DNA of 64,000 nt, taken from positions 43,536,464 through 43,600,463 of the forward strand of contig NC_043011.1 in the NCBI RefSeq assembly GCF_006345805.1. Reading direction: 5' to 3'. Positions 50,370 to 62,982 of this stretch are shown here, piece by piece. This DNA comes from Octopus sinensis. Taxonomy: Eukaryota. A program made the translations under genes and the position numbers. The notes under the pieces are model-generated. The model had not been told where the DNA came from, did not search any database, and saw only the letters and a list, made by a program, of their open reading frames with translations. The number at the start of each line of letters is the position of its first letter. Positions within the stretch are counted from its first letter, which is position 1.

Positions 50370-52369
50370 GGAAAATTTTCGGTGAAAATTTTCGAAAAAG
50401 TTTTGGGGAAAATTTTCGAGAAATTTTTGGGTAAAATTTTCGAGAAATTTTGGGGTAAAATTTTCGGTGAAAACTTTGGAAAAATTTTTGGGGAAAGTTT
50501 TTGGTGAAAATTTTCGAAAACCCATATAACGAATATGCTCCATATGCTGAAGTCAATAAACGTCGATCACGTCATAGTTATTAAGTGTAAAGCAGAAATT
50601 GGGGTATCGGGGATGGTGAGGCATCTTGACTGTAGTAGAACACCAGAATTCACGCTATATATACACAGAAAGCAGCAGCAGCAGCCACCTAAAACTCAGT
50701 TTTTAACTTTGACATCTATTTTTGGGAAAAATTTTCGGTGAAAATTTTGGAAAAAGTTTTTGGAGAGAATTTTAGAAAATTTTTTGGTAAAATTTTCAGT
50801 GAAACCCTTCGAAATTTTCGACACATTTTTGGGGAAAATTTTCGTAAAATTTTCCGTGAAAATTTTCGACAGATTTTTGGGGATAATTTTCGGTGAAAAT
50901 TTTCGAAAGATTTTTGGGTAAAATTTTCGGTGAAAATTTTCGAAAAACTTGGGGAAAATTTTCGGTAAAAATTTTCGAAAAGTTTTTGGTGAAAATATTT
51001 ATTGAAAATTTTCGAAAAATTTTTGGGTAAAATTTTCGGTGAAAATTTCGAAAGATTTTTGGGTAAAATTTTCGGTAAATTTTCGAAAAATTTCTTGTGA
51101 AAATTTTCGGTAAATTTTCGAAAAATATTTGGGGAGAATTTTCGGCAAAAATTTGTTTTTAAATATTGAACCAGAATTCACTCTATACACAGAGAGCAGT
51201 AGCAACAGCCACCGAAAAATCTATTTTTAGCCATAACATCTATTTTTATCTCTGGAAAAATTTTCGACAAATTTTTGGGTAAAATTTTCGGTGAAAATTT
51301 TCAAAAAAATTTGTGGTGAAAATTTTCGGTGAAAATTTTCGAAAGATTTTTGGGTAAAATTTTCGGGGAAAACTTTCGAAAGATTTTTGGGTAAAATATT
51401 CGGTGAAAAGTTTCGGTAAATTTTCGAAAAATTTTTGGAGGAAATTTTCGGTAAATTTCCGAAAACTTTTTGGGGAGAATTTTCGGCAAAAATTTTTTTT
51501 TTAATTTTTGGGAAAATTTTCGGTTAAAATTTTCGGTGAAAATTTTCGAAAACCCATATAACGAATATGCTCCATATGCTGAAGTCTATAAAAGTCGATA
51601 TCGTCATAGTTGTAAAGTTGTAAAGCAGAATCTGGTGTACCGGGGATGGTGAGGCATCTTGACTGTAATATTGTATGAGAATTCACTCTATACACAGAAA
51701 GCAGCAGCAACAGCCACCTAAAAATCTATTTTTAGCCATAACATCTATTTTTTGGTACAATTTTCAGTGGAACTCTTCGAAAAGTTTTTGGGGAAAATAC
51801 TTGGTGAAAATTTCCGAAAACTGTTTGGGTAAAATTTTCGTAAAATTTTTGGTTAAAATTTTCGGTGAAAATTTTCGAAAAATCTTTAGGGAAAATTTTC
51901 AGTGGAACTCTTCGAAAAGTTTTTGGGGAAAATTTTCGTAAAATTTTTAGGTAAAATTTCTGTGAAAATTTTCGAAACATCTTTGGGGAAAATATTCGGC
52001 AAAAATTATTGGGGAAAGTTTTCCATGAAAATTTCCGAAAAGTTTTTGGTGAAAATACTTGGTGAAAATTTTCGAAAAATTTTTGGGTTAAATTTTCGGT
52101 GAAAACTTTCGAAAGATTTTTGGGTAAAATTTTCGAAAAATTTTTGGGGAAAATTTTCGTAAAATTTTTGGTTAAAATTTTCGGTGAAAATTTTCGAAAA
52201 ATCTTTAGGGAAAATTTTCGAAAAATTTTTTGGTACAATTTTCAGTGGAACTCTTCGAAAAGTTTTTGGGGAAAATTTTCGTAAAATTTTTAGGTAAAAT
52301 TTCTGTGAAAATTTTCGAAAAATCTTTCGGCAAAAATTTTTGGGGAAAGTTTTCCATGATATATATATC

Positions 52370-52760
52370 TACCAACCGCATGGTTCCGGGTTCAGTCCCA
52401 CTGCGTGGCACCTTGCGTAAGTGTCTTCTACTATAGCCTCGGGCCGACCAAAGCCTTGTGAGTAGATTTGATAGACGGAAACTGAAAGAAGCCCGTCGTA
52501 TATATGTATATGTATATATATATGTGTGTGTATGCGTGTGTGTATTTGTGTGTTTGTGTTTGGACCCTAGCATTGCTTGACAACCGATGCTGGTGTGTTT
52601 ATGTCCCCGTCACCTAGCGGTTCGGCAAAAGAGACCGATAGAATAAGTACTGGGCTTACAAAAGAATAAGTCCCAGGGTCGAGTTGCTCGATTAAAGGCG
52701 GTGCTCCAGCATGGCCGCAGTCAAAATGACTGAAAGAAGTAAAAGAGTAAAAGAGTAATA
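52370..52760 (+). mobile_element. SINE family B inside the satellite macro-repeat (further copies 55280-55665, 57092-57450, partial 54190-54260)
   Basis: All share the same 5' junction CCATGATATATATATCTACCAACCGCATGG, so they were duplicated rather than inserted independently. Confidence 0.9.
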
Positions 52761-53516
52761 TATTATATACATATATTTTGGCACCGCTGGCCTTCCATAC
52801 TTTTTGAAGTTGGCACCGCTGGCCTTCCATACTTTTTGAAGTTGGCACCATTGGCCTTCCCTACTTTTTGATTTTGGCACCGTTGGCCTTCCATACTTTT
52901 TGATTTTGGCTAAGCTGGCCCTCCAAACTTTTTGATTTTTAGCACCGCTGGCCTTCCATACTTTATGATTTGGGCACAGCCGGCCTTCCATACTTTTTGA
53001 TTTTGGCACAGCTGGCCTTCCATACTTTTTGATTTTGGCACAGCTGGCCATCCATACTTTCTGATTTAGACACCGCTGGCTTTGTGATTTTTCGAATATT
53101 TTTAACTAAAATTTTTCCAAAATTTTAACCGAAAATTCTACCCAAAAATTATATATGCACGTATATATATATGCACGTATATATATATATATACATGTAG
53201 GTATGTACATATATGGATGTATACATGCATATATTTATATATTATTTATATATATATATTTATATATGATCGAACGCCACGATTATATTTTCCAAGTAAG
53301 TTTTATATATTACTTGGAAAATATAATCGTGGCGTTCGATCATATAATAATATAAATAATATATAAATATATGCATGTATACATCCATATATGTACATAC
53401 CTACATGTATATATATATATACGTGCATATATATATACGTGCATATATAATTTTTGGGTAGAATTTTCGGTTAAAATTTTGGAAAAATTTTAGTTAAAAA
53501 TATTCGAAAAATCACA

Positions 53517-54257
53517 AAGCCAGCGGTGCCAAAATCAGAAAGTATGGATGGCCAGCTGTGCCAAAATCAAAAAGTATGGAGGGCCAGCGGAGCCAAAATC
53601 AAAAAGTACGGAAGGCCAGCGGTGCCAAAATCGAAAAGTATGGAAGGCCAGCGGTGCCAACTTCAAAAAGTATGGAAGGCCAGCGGTGCCAACTTCAAAA
53701 AGTATGGAAGGCCAGCGGTGCCAAAATCACAAAGTATGGAAAGCCATAATTTGTGATTTTTGAACCGCTAAAATTTTTAGGTAGAATTTTCTGTGAAAAT
53801 TTTGGAAAATTTTTTGGGGAAAATTTACGGTGAAAATTTTGGAGAAATTTTTGTGGAAAATTTTCGATGAAAATTATGGAAAAATTTTGGGGAAAAATTT
53901 TCGGGGAAAATTATCAGCGAAAATTTTCTAAAAATTTTTGTTTAAAGTTTTCGAAAAACTTTTGTGGAAAATTTTCGGTGAAATTTTTGGGAAAAGTTTT
54001 GGGGAAAATTTTCGGTGAAAATTTTCGAAAAATTTTTGGGTAAGATATTCGACAGACTTGTGGAAAATTTTCGGTGAAATTTTCGGGCAAAATTTTCTAT
54101 GAAAATTTTCGAAAAGTTTATGATGAAAATATTTGGTGAAAATTTTCGAAAAATTTTTGAGTAAGGCCAGCGGTGTCAAAATCAGAAAGTCGAGTTGCTC
54201 GATTAAAGGCGGTGCTCCAGCATGGCCGCAGTCAAATGACTGAAACAAGTAAAAGAG

Positions 54258-54301
<44 letters not shown>

Positions 54302-57229
54302 TATATATATATATATATATAAAACTTACTTGGAAAATATAATCGTGGCGTTCGATCATATAATAATATAAATAATATATAAATATATGCATGTATACAT
54401 CCATATATGTACATACCTACATGTATATATATATATATACGTGCATATATATATACGTGCATATATAATTTTTGGGTAGAATTTTCGCTTAAAATTTTGG
54501 AAAAATTTTAGGTAAAAATATTCGAAAAATCACAAAGCCAGCGGTGCCAAAATCAGAAAGTATGGAAGGTCAGCTGTGCCAAAATCAAAAAGTATGGAAG
54601 GCCAGCTGTGCCAAAATCAAAAAGTATGGAAGGCCGGCAGTGCCAAAATCATAAAGTATGGAAGGCCAGCGGTGCTAATATCAAAAAGTATGGAGGGCCA
54701 GCGGAGCCAAAATCAAAAAGTATGGAAGGCCAGCGGCGCCAACTTCAAAAAGTATGGAATGCCAGCGGTGCCAACTTCAAAAAGTATGGAAGGCCAGCGG
54801 TGCAAAAATCATAAAGTATGTAAAGCCATAATTTGTAATTTTTGAACCGCTAAAATTTTTAGGTAAAATTTTCGGTGAAAATTTTGGATAATTTTTTGGG
54901 AAAAATTTACGGTGAAAATTTTGGAAAAGTTTTTGTGGAAAATTTTCGATGAAAATTTTGGAAAAATTTTTGGGAGAATTTTCGGGGAAAATTTTCGTAA
55001 AATTTTTGGGTAAAATTACGGTGAAAATTTTCGAAAGATCTTTGGGGAAAATTTTCGGCAAAAGTTTATGGGTAAAATTTTCGGTAAATTTTCGAAAAAT
55101 CTTTAGGGAAAATTTTCGAAAAATTTTTTGGTACAATTTTCAGTGAAACTCTTCGAAAAGTTTTTGGGGAAAATTTTCGTAAAATTTTTAGGTAAAATTT
55201 CTGTGAAAATTTTCGAAAAATCTTTGGGGAAAATTTTCGGCAAAAATTTTTGGGGAAAGTTTTCCATGATATATATATCTACCAACCGCATGGTTCCGGG
55301 TTCAGTCCCACTGCGTGGCACCTTGGGCAAGTGTCTTCTACTATAGCCTAGGGCCGACCAAAGCCTTGTGAGTAGATTTGATAGACGGAAACTGAAAGAA
55401 GCCCGTCGTATATATGTATATATATATATATGTGTGTGTGTATGCGTGTGTGTATTGGGGTGTCTGTGTTTGTCCCCTAGCATTGCTTGACAAACAATGC
55501 TGGTGTGTTTATGTCCCCGTCACCTAGCGGTTCGGCAAAAGAGACCGATAGAATAAGTACTGGGCTTACAAAAGAATAAGTCCCGGGGTCGAGTTGCTCA
55601 ATTAAAGGCGGTGCTCCAGCATGGCCGCAGTCAAATGACTGAAACAAGTAAAAGATTAAAAGAGTAATATATATATATATATATATATATAAAACTTACT
55701 TGGAAAATATAATCGTGGCGTTCGATCATATGATAATATAAATAATATATAAATATATGCATGTATACATCCATATATGTACATACCGACATGTATATAT
55801 ATATATACGTGCATATATAATTTTTGGGTAGAATTTTCGGTTAAAATTTTGGAAAAATTTTAGGTAAAAATATTCGAAAAATCACAAAGCCCGCGGTGCC
55901 AAAATCAGAAAGTATGGAAGGCCAGCTGTGCCAAAATCATAAAGTATGGAAGGCCAGCGGTGCTAAAATCAAAAAGTATGGAGGGCCAGCGGAGCCAAAA
56001 TCATAAAGTATGGAAGGCCAGCGGTGCTAAAATCAAAAAGTATGGAGGGTCAGCGGAGCCAAAATCAAAAAGTATGGAAGGCCAGCGGGGCCAAAATCAA
56101 AAAGTATGGAAGGCCAGCGGTGCCAACTTCAAAAAGTATGGTAGGCCAGCGGTGCCAACTTCAAAAAGTATGGAAGGCCAGCGGAGCCAAAATCATAAAG
56201 TATGGAAGGCCAGCGGTGCCAAAATCACAAAGTATGGAAAGCCATAATTTGTGATTTTTGTCATAAACATACCAGCATCGGTTGTCATAAATCAGAAAGT
56301 ATGGAAGGCCAGCGGTGCCAAACTCAAAAAGTATGGAAGGCCAGCGGTGCCAACTTCGAAAAGTTTGGAAGGCCAGCGGTGCTAAAATCACAAAGTATGG
56401 AAAGCCATAATTTGTAATTTTTGAACCACTAAAATTTTTAGGTAAAATTTTCGGTGAAAATTTTGGAAAATTTTTTGGGAAAAATTTACGGTGAAAATTT
56501 TGGAAAAATTTTTGTAGAAAATTTTGGATGAAAATTTTGGAAAAAATTTTGGGAAAATTTTCGAAAAATCGTTGGGGAAAATTTTCGGTAAAAATTTTTG
56601 GGTAAAATTTTCGGTAAATTTTCGAAAAATTTTTTGGTACAATTTTCAGTGAAACTCTTCGAAAAGTTTTTGGGGAAAATTTTCGAAAAATCTTCGGGGA
56701 AAATTTTCGGCAAAAATTTTTGGGGAAAGTTTTCTATGAAAATTTTCGAAAAGTTTTTGGTGAAAATATTTGGTGAAAATTTTCGAAAAATATTTGGGTA
56801 AAATTTTCGGTGAAAACTTTCGAGAGATTTTTGGGTAAAAGTTTCGAAAAATTTTTGGGGAAAATTTTCGTAAAATTTATGGTTAAAATTTTCGGTGAAA
56901 ATTTTCGAAAAATGTTTAGGGAAAATTCTCGAAAAATTTTTTGGTACAATTTTCAGTGGAACTCTTCGAAAAGTTTTTAGGGAAAACTTTCGTAAAATTT
57001 TTAGGTAAAATTTCTGTGAAAATTTTCGAAAAATCTTTGGGGAAAATTTTCGGCAAAAATTTTTGGGGAAAATTTTCCATGATATATATATCTACCAACC
57101 GCATGGTTCCGGATTCAGTCCCACTGCGTGGCACCGTGGGTAAGTGTCTTCTACTATAGCCTCGGGCCGACCAAAGCCTTGTGAGTAGATTTGATAGACG
57201 GAAACTAAAAGAAGCCCGTCGTATATATG

Positions 57230-57266
<37 letters not shown>

Positions 57267-57449
57267 ATGCGTGTGAGTATTTGTGTGTCTGTGTTTGTAC
57301 CCTAGAATAAGTACTTTCAGCAAAAGAGACCGATAGAATAAGTACTGGGCTTACAAAAGAATAAGTCCCGGGGTCGATTTGCTCGATTGAAGGCGGTGCT
57401 CCAGCATGGCCGCAGTCAAATGACTGAAACAAGTAAAAGAGTAAGAGAG

Positions 57450-57522
<73 letters not shown>

Positions 57523-58285
57523 AAACTTACTTGGAAAATATAATCGTGGCGTTCGATCATATAATAATATAAATAATATATAAATATATGCATGTATACA
57601 TCCATATATGTACATACCTACATGTAATATATATATACGTGCATATATATATACGTGCATATATAATTTTTGGGTAGAATTTTCGGTTAAAATTTTGGAA
57701 AAATTTTAGGTAAAATTTTCGAAAAATCACAAAGCCAGCGGTGCCAAAATCAGAAAGTATGAAAGGCCAGCTGTGCAAAAATCAAAAAGTATGGAAGGCC
57801 GGCTGTGCCAAAATCATAAAGTAATTAAGGCCAGCGGTGCTAAAAATCAAAAAGTATGGAGGGCCAGCGGAGCCAAAATCATAAAGTATGGAAGGCCAGC
57901 GGTGCTAAAATCAAAAAGTATGGAGGGCCAACGGAGCCAAAATCAAAAAGTATGGAAGGCCAGCGGGGCCAAAATCAAAAAGTATGGAAGGCCAGCGGTG
58001 CCAACTTCAAAAAGTATGGTAGGCCAGCGGTGCCAACTTCAAAAAGTATGGAAGGCCAGCGGAGCCAAAATCATAAGGTATGGAAGGCCAGCGGTGCCAA
58101 AATCACAAAGTATGGAAAGCCATAATTTGTGATTTTTGTCATAAACACACCAGCATCGGTTGTCATAAATCAGAAAGTATGGAAGGCCAGCGGTGCCAAA
58201 CTCAAAAAGTATGGAAGGCCAGCGGTGCCAACTTCAAAAAGTATGGAAGGCCAGCGGTGCCAAAATCACAAAGTATGGAAAGCCA
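53517..58285 (+). repeat. 32-bp satellite AAAAAGTATGGAAGGCCAGCGGTGCCAAAATC in several blocks
   Basis: GGCCAGC recurs every 32 bp (53582, 53614, 53646, 53678); blocks at 53517-53745, 54535-54825, 55890-56400, 57732-58285, also 59145, 59832, 60410; inverted block 52788-53085. Confidence 0.93.
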
Positions 58286-60508
58286 TAATTTGTGATTTTT
58301 GAACCGCTAAAATTTTTAGGTAAAATTTTCGGTGAAAATTTTGGAAAATTTTTGGGGAAAAATTTACGGTGAAAATTTTTGAAAAATTTTTGTGGAAATT
58401 TTCGATGAAAATTTTGGAAAAATTTTTGAGAAAATTTTCGGGGAAAATTTTTGCGTAAAATTTCGGTGAAAATTTTCGAAAAATCTTTGGGGAAAATTTT
58501 CGAAAAATTTTTGGGGAAAATTTTCGGTGAAAATTTTTCGAAAGATTTTTGCTGAAAATTTTCCGTGAAAATTTTTAAAAAAATTTTGGATAAAAGTTTC
58601 GCCAAAAATTTCCGGTTAAAATTTTCGAAAAACCATATAACGAATATGCTCCATATGCTGAAGTCTATAAACGTCGACATCGTCATAGTTGTTAAGTGTA
58701 AAGCAGAATCGATGTATCGTCGATGGTGAGGCATCTTGACAGTAGGAGTAAACCAGAATTCACTCTATACACAGAAAGCAGCAGCAACAGCCACCTAAAA
58801 ATCTATTTTTAGCCATAACATCTATTTTTAGCTCGGGGAAAATTTTGGACAAATTTTGGGGTAAAACTTTCGAAAAATTTTGGGTAAAATTTTCCGTGAA
58901 AATTTTCGAAAAACTTTTGGGAAAATTTTCCGTGAAAATTTTCGAAAAATTTTTGGGGAAAATTTTAGGTGAAAATTTTCGAGAAATTTTTGGGGAAAAT
59001 ATTCGAAAACTTTTTGGGTGAAATTTTCGGTAAATTTTTGGGTAAAGTTTTCGATGAAAATTTTTGAAAACTTTCCGGTTAAAATTTTCGGTAATTTTCG
59101 ATAACTTTTTGGTTAAAATTTTCGGAAAATTGTCGGATAACATTTGCGGTGCCAAAATCACAAAGTATGGAAGGCCAGTGGTGCCCAAATCACAAAGTAT
59201 GAAAAGCCAGCGGTGCCCAAATCACAAAGTATGGAAAGCCAGCGGTGCCATTTTCGGTGATAATTTTCGAAAAATTTTTGGGGAAAATTTTCGAAAAATT
59301 TTTGAAAACTTCGGTGAAAATTTTTGGGTGAAATTTTCGACAAATTTTGGGGGAAAATTTTCTGAAAATTTGTGGGTAAAGTTTTCGGTGAAAATTTTCG
59401 AAAACTTTTTAGGTGAAATTTTCGGTAAATTTTTGGGAAAAGTTTTCGGTGAAAATTTCCGATAAGTTTTTGGTTAAAATTTTCGGTGAAAATTTTCGCA
59501 AAATTTTTAGGTGAAATTTTCGGTAAATTTTTAGGTAAAATTTTCTGCGAAAATTTTCGAAAAATTTTTGGGTAAAATTTTCGGTGAACATCTTCGAAAA
59601 CTTTTTGGAGAAAATTTTAGGTGAAAATTTTCGAAAAATTTTTGGGGAAAATTTTCGAAAACTTTTTGGGTGAAATTTTCGGTAAATTTTTGGGTAAAGT
59701 TTTCGATGAAAATTTTCGAAAACTTTCTGGTTAAAATTTTCGGTAATTTTCGCAAAATTTTTGGGTAAAATTTTCGGTGAAAATTTTCGATAACTTTTTG
59801 GTTAAAATTTTCGGAAAATTGTCGGATAACATTTGCGGTGCCAAAATCACAAAGTTTGGAAGGCCAGTGGTGCCCAAATCACAAAGTATGAAAAGCCAGC
59901 GGTGCCCAAATCACAAAGTATGGAAAGCCAGCGGGGCCAATTTTCGCAAAATTTTCGGGTAACATTTTCGGTGTTAATTTTCGAAAAATTTGTGGAAAAT
60001 TTTCAGTGAAAATTTTCGAACACTTTTTAGGTGAAATTTTAACCAAAACTTTTTCCCATAAATTTTTCGAAATTTTCACCCAAATTTTCGAAACATTTTT
60101 GGGTAAAATTTTCGGTGAAAATTTTCGAAAAATTTTTGGGGAATTTTCGAACACTTTTTTGAAAAATTTAGGTGAAAATTTTTGGGTAAAATTTTCGGTG
60201 AACATCGAAAAATTTTTGGAGAAAATTTTCGGTGAAAATTTTCGAAAAGCTTTTGGGGAAAATTTTCAAAAACATTTTGGGTGAAATTTTCGGTAAATTT
60301 TTGTGTAAAGTTTTCAATGAAACTTTTCGAAAACTTTCTGGTTAAAATTTTCGGTGAAAATATTCGGAAACTTTTTGGGTAAAATTTTCGGAAAATTGTC
60401 GGATAACATTTGCAGTGCCAAAATCACAAAGTATGAAAAGCCAGCGGTGCCCAAATCACAAAGTATGGAAAGCCAGCGGTGCAAAAATCACAAAGTATAG
60501 AAGGCCAG

Positions 60509-61270
60509 TGGAGCTTAGGTGTTTCACTCATAAACACACACATCGCCCGGTCTGAGATTCGAATCCGCGATCCCACGACCGCGAGTCCGCTGTTCTAGCC
60601 ACTAGGCCATTTGCCTCCACATCAGCCATCATAGGGTGACTGAAATAACATGAGAGTCGCTCTTTTTCATCAGGTTGAAATGCCCTCTGCCCAGTATCTG
60701 TGACCGAAGAGAATATAACTACTCCAAAAGACTGCATCTCACAGTCTGGAAACGGGGCGCTGCGAACTGATCTAGGTGTATCTACACCATTGTCAACAGC
60801 AAGAAATTTTCTCCACGATAAAACAAAGTGAATGGCTTGTTTATTAGTCCAGTCGTGCCGCAAGAAGATTTGAACTGGTTATAACATTGCATTAAGACTG
60901 TTAAATTTGTAACACTTCAGTTTTGAAAGAGTTTTCAGAGAATCAGGCATTTCCAAGTTGACAACTTTTTCTTTGAACGTTGACAGTATCCAGGAGAACA
61001 ACTTTTTGTACTTCTGATGCTTTTAAGTTTCCAGATATTTGTCCATGGTGTTTAAGAGCGCCTTCAGGTATTGTCCCCAAAGCTCCTATGTTCACAGATC
61101 AGATATAGTTGACATTCTTAGATGCCATGTTTTGAAACCTCAAGGTCCTTTGGTATAAATAACATTTGAATTGTTTCTACAGAAGTGTTGCACTCTGCTT
61201 TCATTGACATATCTCTGCGGTGACATGTTTTGTCAACGTGATGTTTTTATCACAATTCCTAATCTATTGG
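60509..61270. repeat. Right copy of ~760-bp direct repeat
   Basis: Near-identical to 49608-50369. Confidence 0.93.
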
Positions 61271-61440
61271 CCTGAATAGCACGATTATTCTGAATACAGA
61301 AGTCCCGGCGAACTTTGAAATCTTTATTTTCTACAACTTTGGCAGGTTTATATTCTTACCAGTTCTTCTCAAATGGGAGTCCATATTTACAGTATATAAT
61401 CCAGTGCAAATATGGACCAAGTCTATCATGGCATTTAAGA
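60620..61440 (-). mobile_element. R4/Dong-like LINE RLE domain and 3' end
   Basis: Minus strand KCHDRLGPYLHWIIYCKYGLP..W*EYKPAKVVEN..DFCIQ..ANRLGIV resembles RHD..HW.LC.KY..WYEH.P..V.EN..WDF.IQ..RPDIV of RLE-type LINEs. Confidence 0.8.
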
Positions 61441-61487
61441 CATTGGTTGCTTTATTGCCCACAAGGACTGCCCAAGAGATTAAGTCG

Positions 61488-61966
61488 AAGGCGGCGAGCA
61501 CGCAGGAACGTTAGCACGCCGGGCGAGATGCTTAGCGGTATCTAGTCTGTCTTTACGTTCTGAGTTCAAATTCCACCGAGGTCGACTTTGCCTTTCATTC
61601 TTTCGGGGTCGATAAATTAAGTTCCAGTTGCGTACTGGGGTCGATCTAATCGACTGACCCCCTCCCCCAAAAACTTCAGGCCTTATGCTTAGAGTAAAAA
61701 AGAAGAGATTAAGTCGATTACATCGGCCCCAGTGCTCACTGGTACTTATTTAAATCGACCTTGACGAAATTTGAACTCAGAACGTAATGGCAGACGAAAT
61801 ACCTATTTCTGTACTACCCACAAGGGGCTAAACACAGAAGGGACAAACAAGGACAGACAAACGGATTAAGCCGATTATATCGACCTCAGTGCGTAACTGG
61901 TAATTATTTAATCGACCTCGAAAGGATGACAGGCAAAGTCCACCTCGGCGGAATTTGAACTCAGAA
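61488..61966. mobile_element. SINE family C copies (+ 61488-61703; - pieces 61706-61966)
   Basis: Family C sequence in both orientations. Confidence 0.82.
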
Positions 61967-61974
61967 CTTATCTC

Positions 61975-62026
61975 GCCCGGCTAGCTCTTAATCTCGGGGT
62001 CGTGGGTTCGAGCCCCACGTTGGGCG
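61975..62026 (+). pseudogene. tRNA-Lys(CTT) with 21-nt internal deletion
   Basis: GCCCGGCTAGCTC|TTAATCTCGGGGTCGTGGGTTCGAGCCCCACGTTGGGCG, 52 nt, followed by TTTT. Confidence 0.9.
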
Positions 62027-62159
62027 TATTCCTTTTCTCTTGTATACTTGTATCTTCTGATGATCAGCGACAGAAGTCATACTTACTTCATGCTTTCGTT
62101 CTTCTGTTGTTTTTCTCTTTTTTAACCATTAAAAATCAACATCACCAGACGAAGTACCG

Positions 62160-62745
62160 CGAAGCATATCGTCCGACGTGCTAACGATTCTGCCAGATCA
62201 ATAATATTCTTTTCTAGGCACAAGGGGAGGAGACCAGCCGATTAGATCGACCCCCGTACACAACGACCACATAAAGATGAAAGGCAAAGTTGACCTCGGC
62301 AGAATTTGAACTCAGAATGTAAAGACAGACGAAATACATATTTCTTTACTACCCACAAGGAGCTAAACACAGAGAGGACAAACATGGACTGACAAACAGA
62401 TTAAGTCGATTATATCGACCCCAGTGGTATCGACTGGTACTTAATTTATCGACCCCGAAAGGATGAAAGGCAAAGTCGACCTCGGCGGAATTTGAACTCA
62501 GGACGTAGCAGCAGACGAAATACCTATTTCTTTACTACCCACAGAGGGGACACACAAGAACAGACATAGGTATTAAGTCGATTATATCGACACCAGTGGT
62601 ATCGACTGGTACTTAATTTATCGACCCCGAAAGGATGAAAGGCAAAGTCGACCTCGGCGGAATTTGAACTCAGAACGTAACGGCAGAGGAAATACGGCTA
62701 TGCATTTCGCCCGGCGTGCTAACGTCTCTGCCAGCTCGCCGCCTT
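62160..62745 (-). mobile_element. Stack of three nested or tandem SINE family C copies
   Basis: GAAAGGCAAAGTCGACCTCGGCGGAATTTGAACTCAG recurs at ~62279, ~62465 and ~62637. Confidence 0.85.
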
Positions 62746-62785
62746 AATAATATTAATAACAACAACAACAACAACAACAACAATG

Positions 62786-62847
<62 letters not shown>

Positions 62848-62982
62848 GATAATGATGATGATAATGATAATAATAATAATGATAATGATGATGATAATGA
62901 TAATAATAATAATGATAATGATGATGATAATAATTTATTTCTTTATTACCCCAAGGGGGCTAATAATAATAATAATAATAAT

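Larger units (their letters stand above)
50369..60508. repeat. Composite satellite complex
   Basis: Blocks of GAAAATTTTCGGTGAAAATTTTCGAAAAATTTTTGGG-type repeat alternate with a 32-bp repeat, SINE B copies, (TA)n and ~200-bp spacer modules (50521, 51551, 58632). Confidence 0.93.

Noticed and set aside
50319-60284. Numerous KIF/ENF- and MEGQR-repeat ORFs
   Set aside because: Translations of satellites; the 32-bp unit shifts frame with every copy
50369-60508. Telomere or rDNA identity for the satellite complex
   Set aside because: No TTAGGG arrays and no rRNA sequence seen
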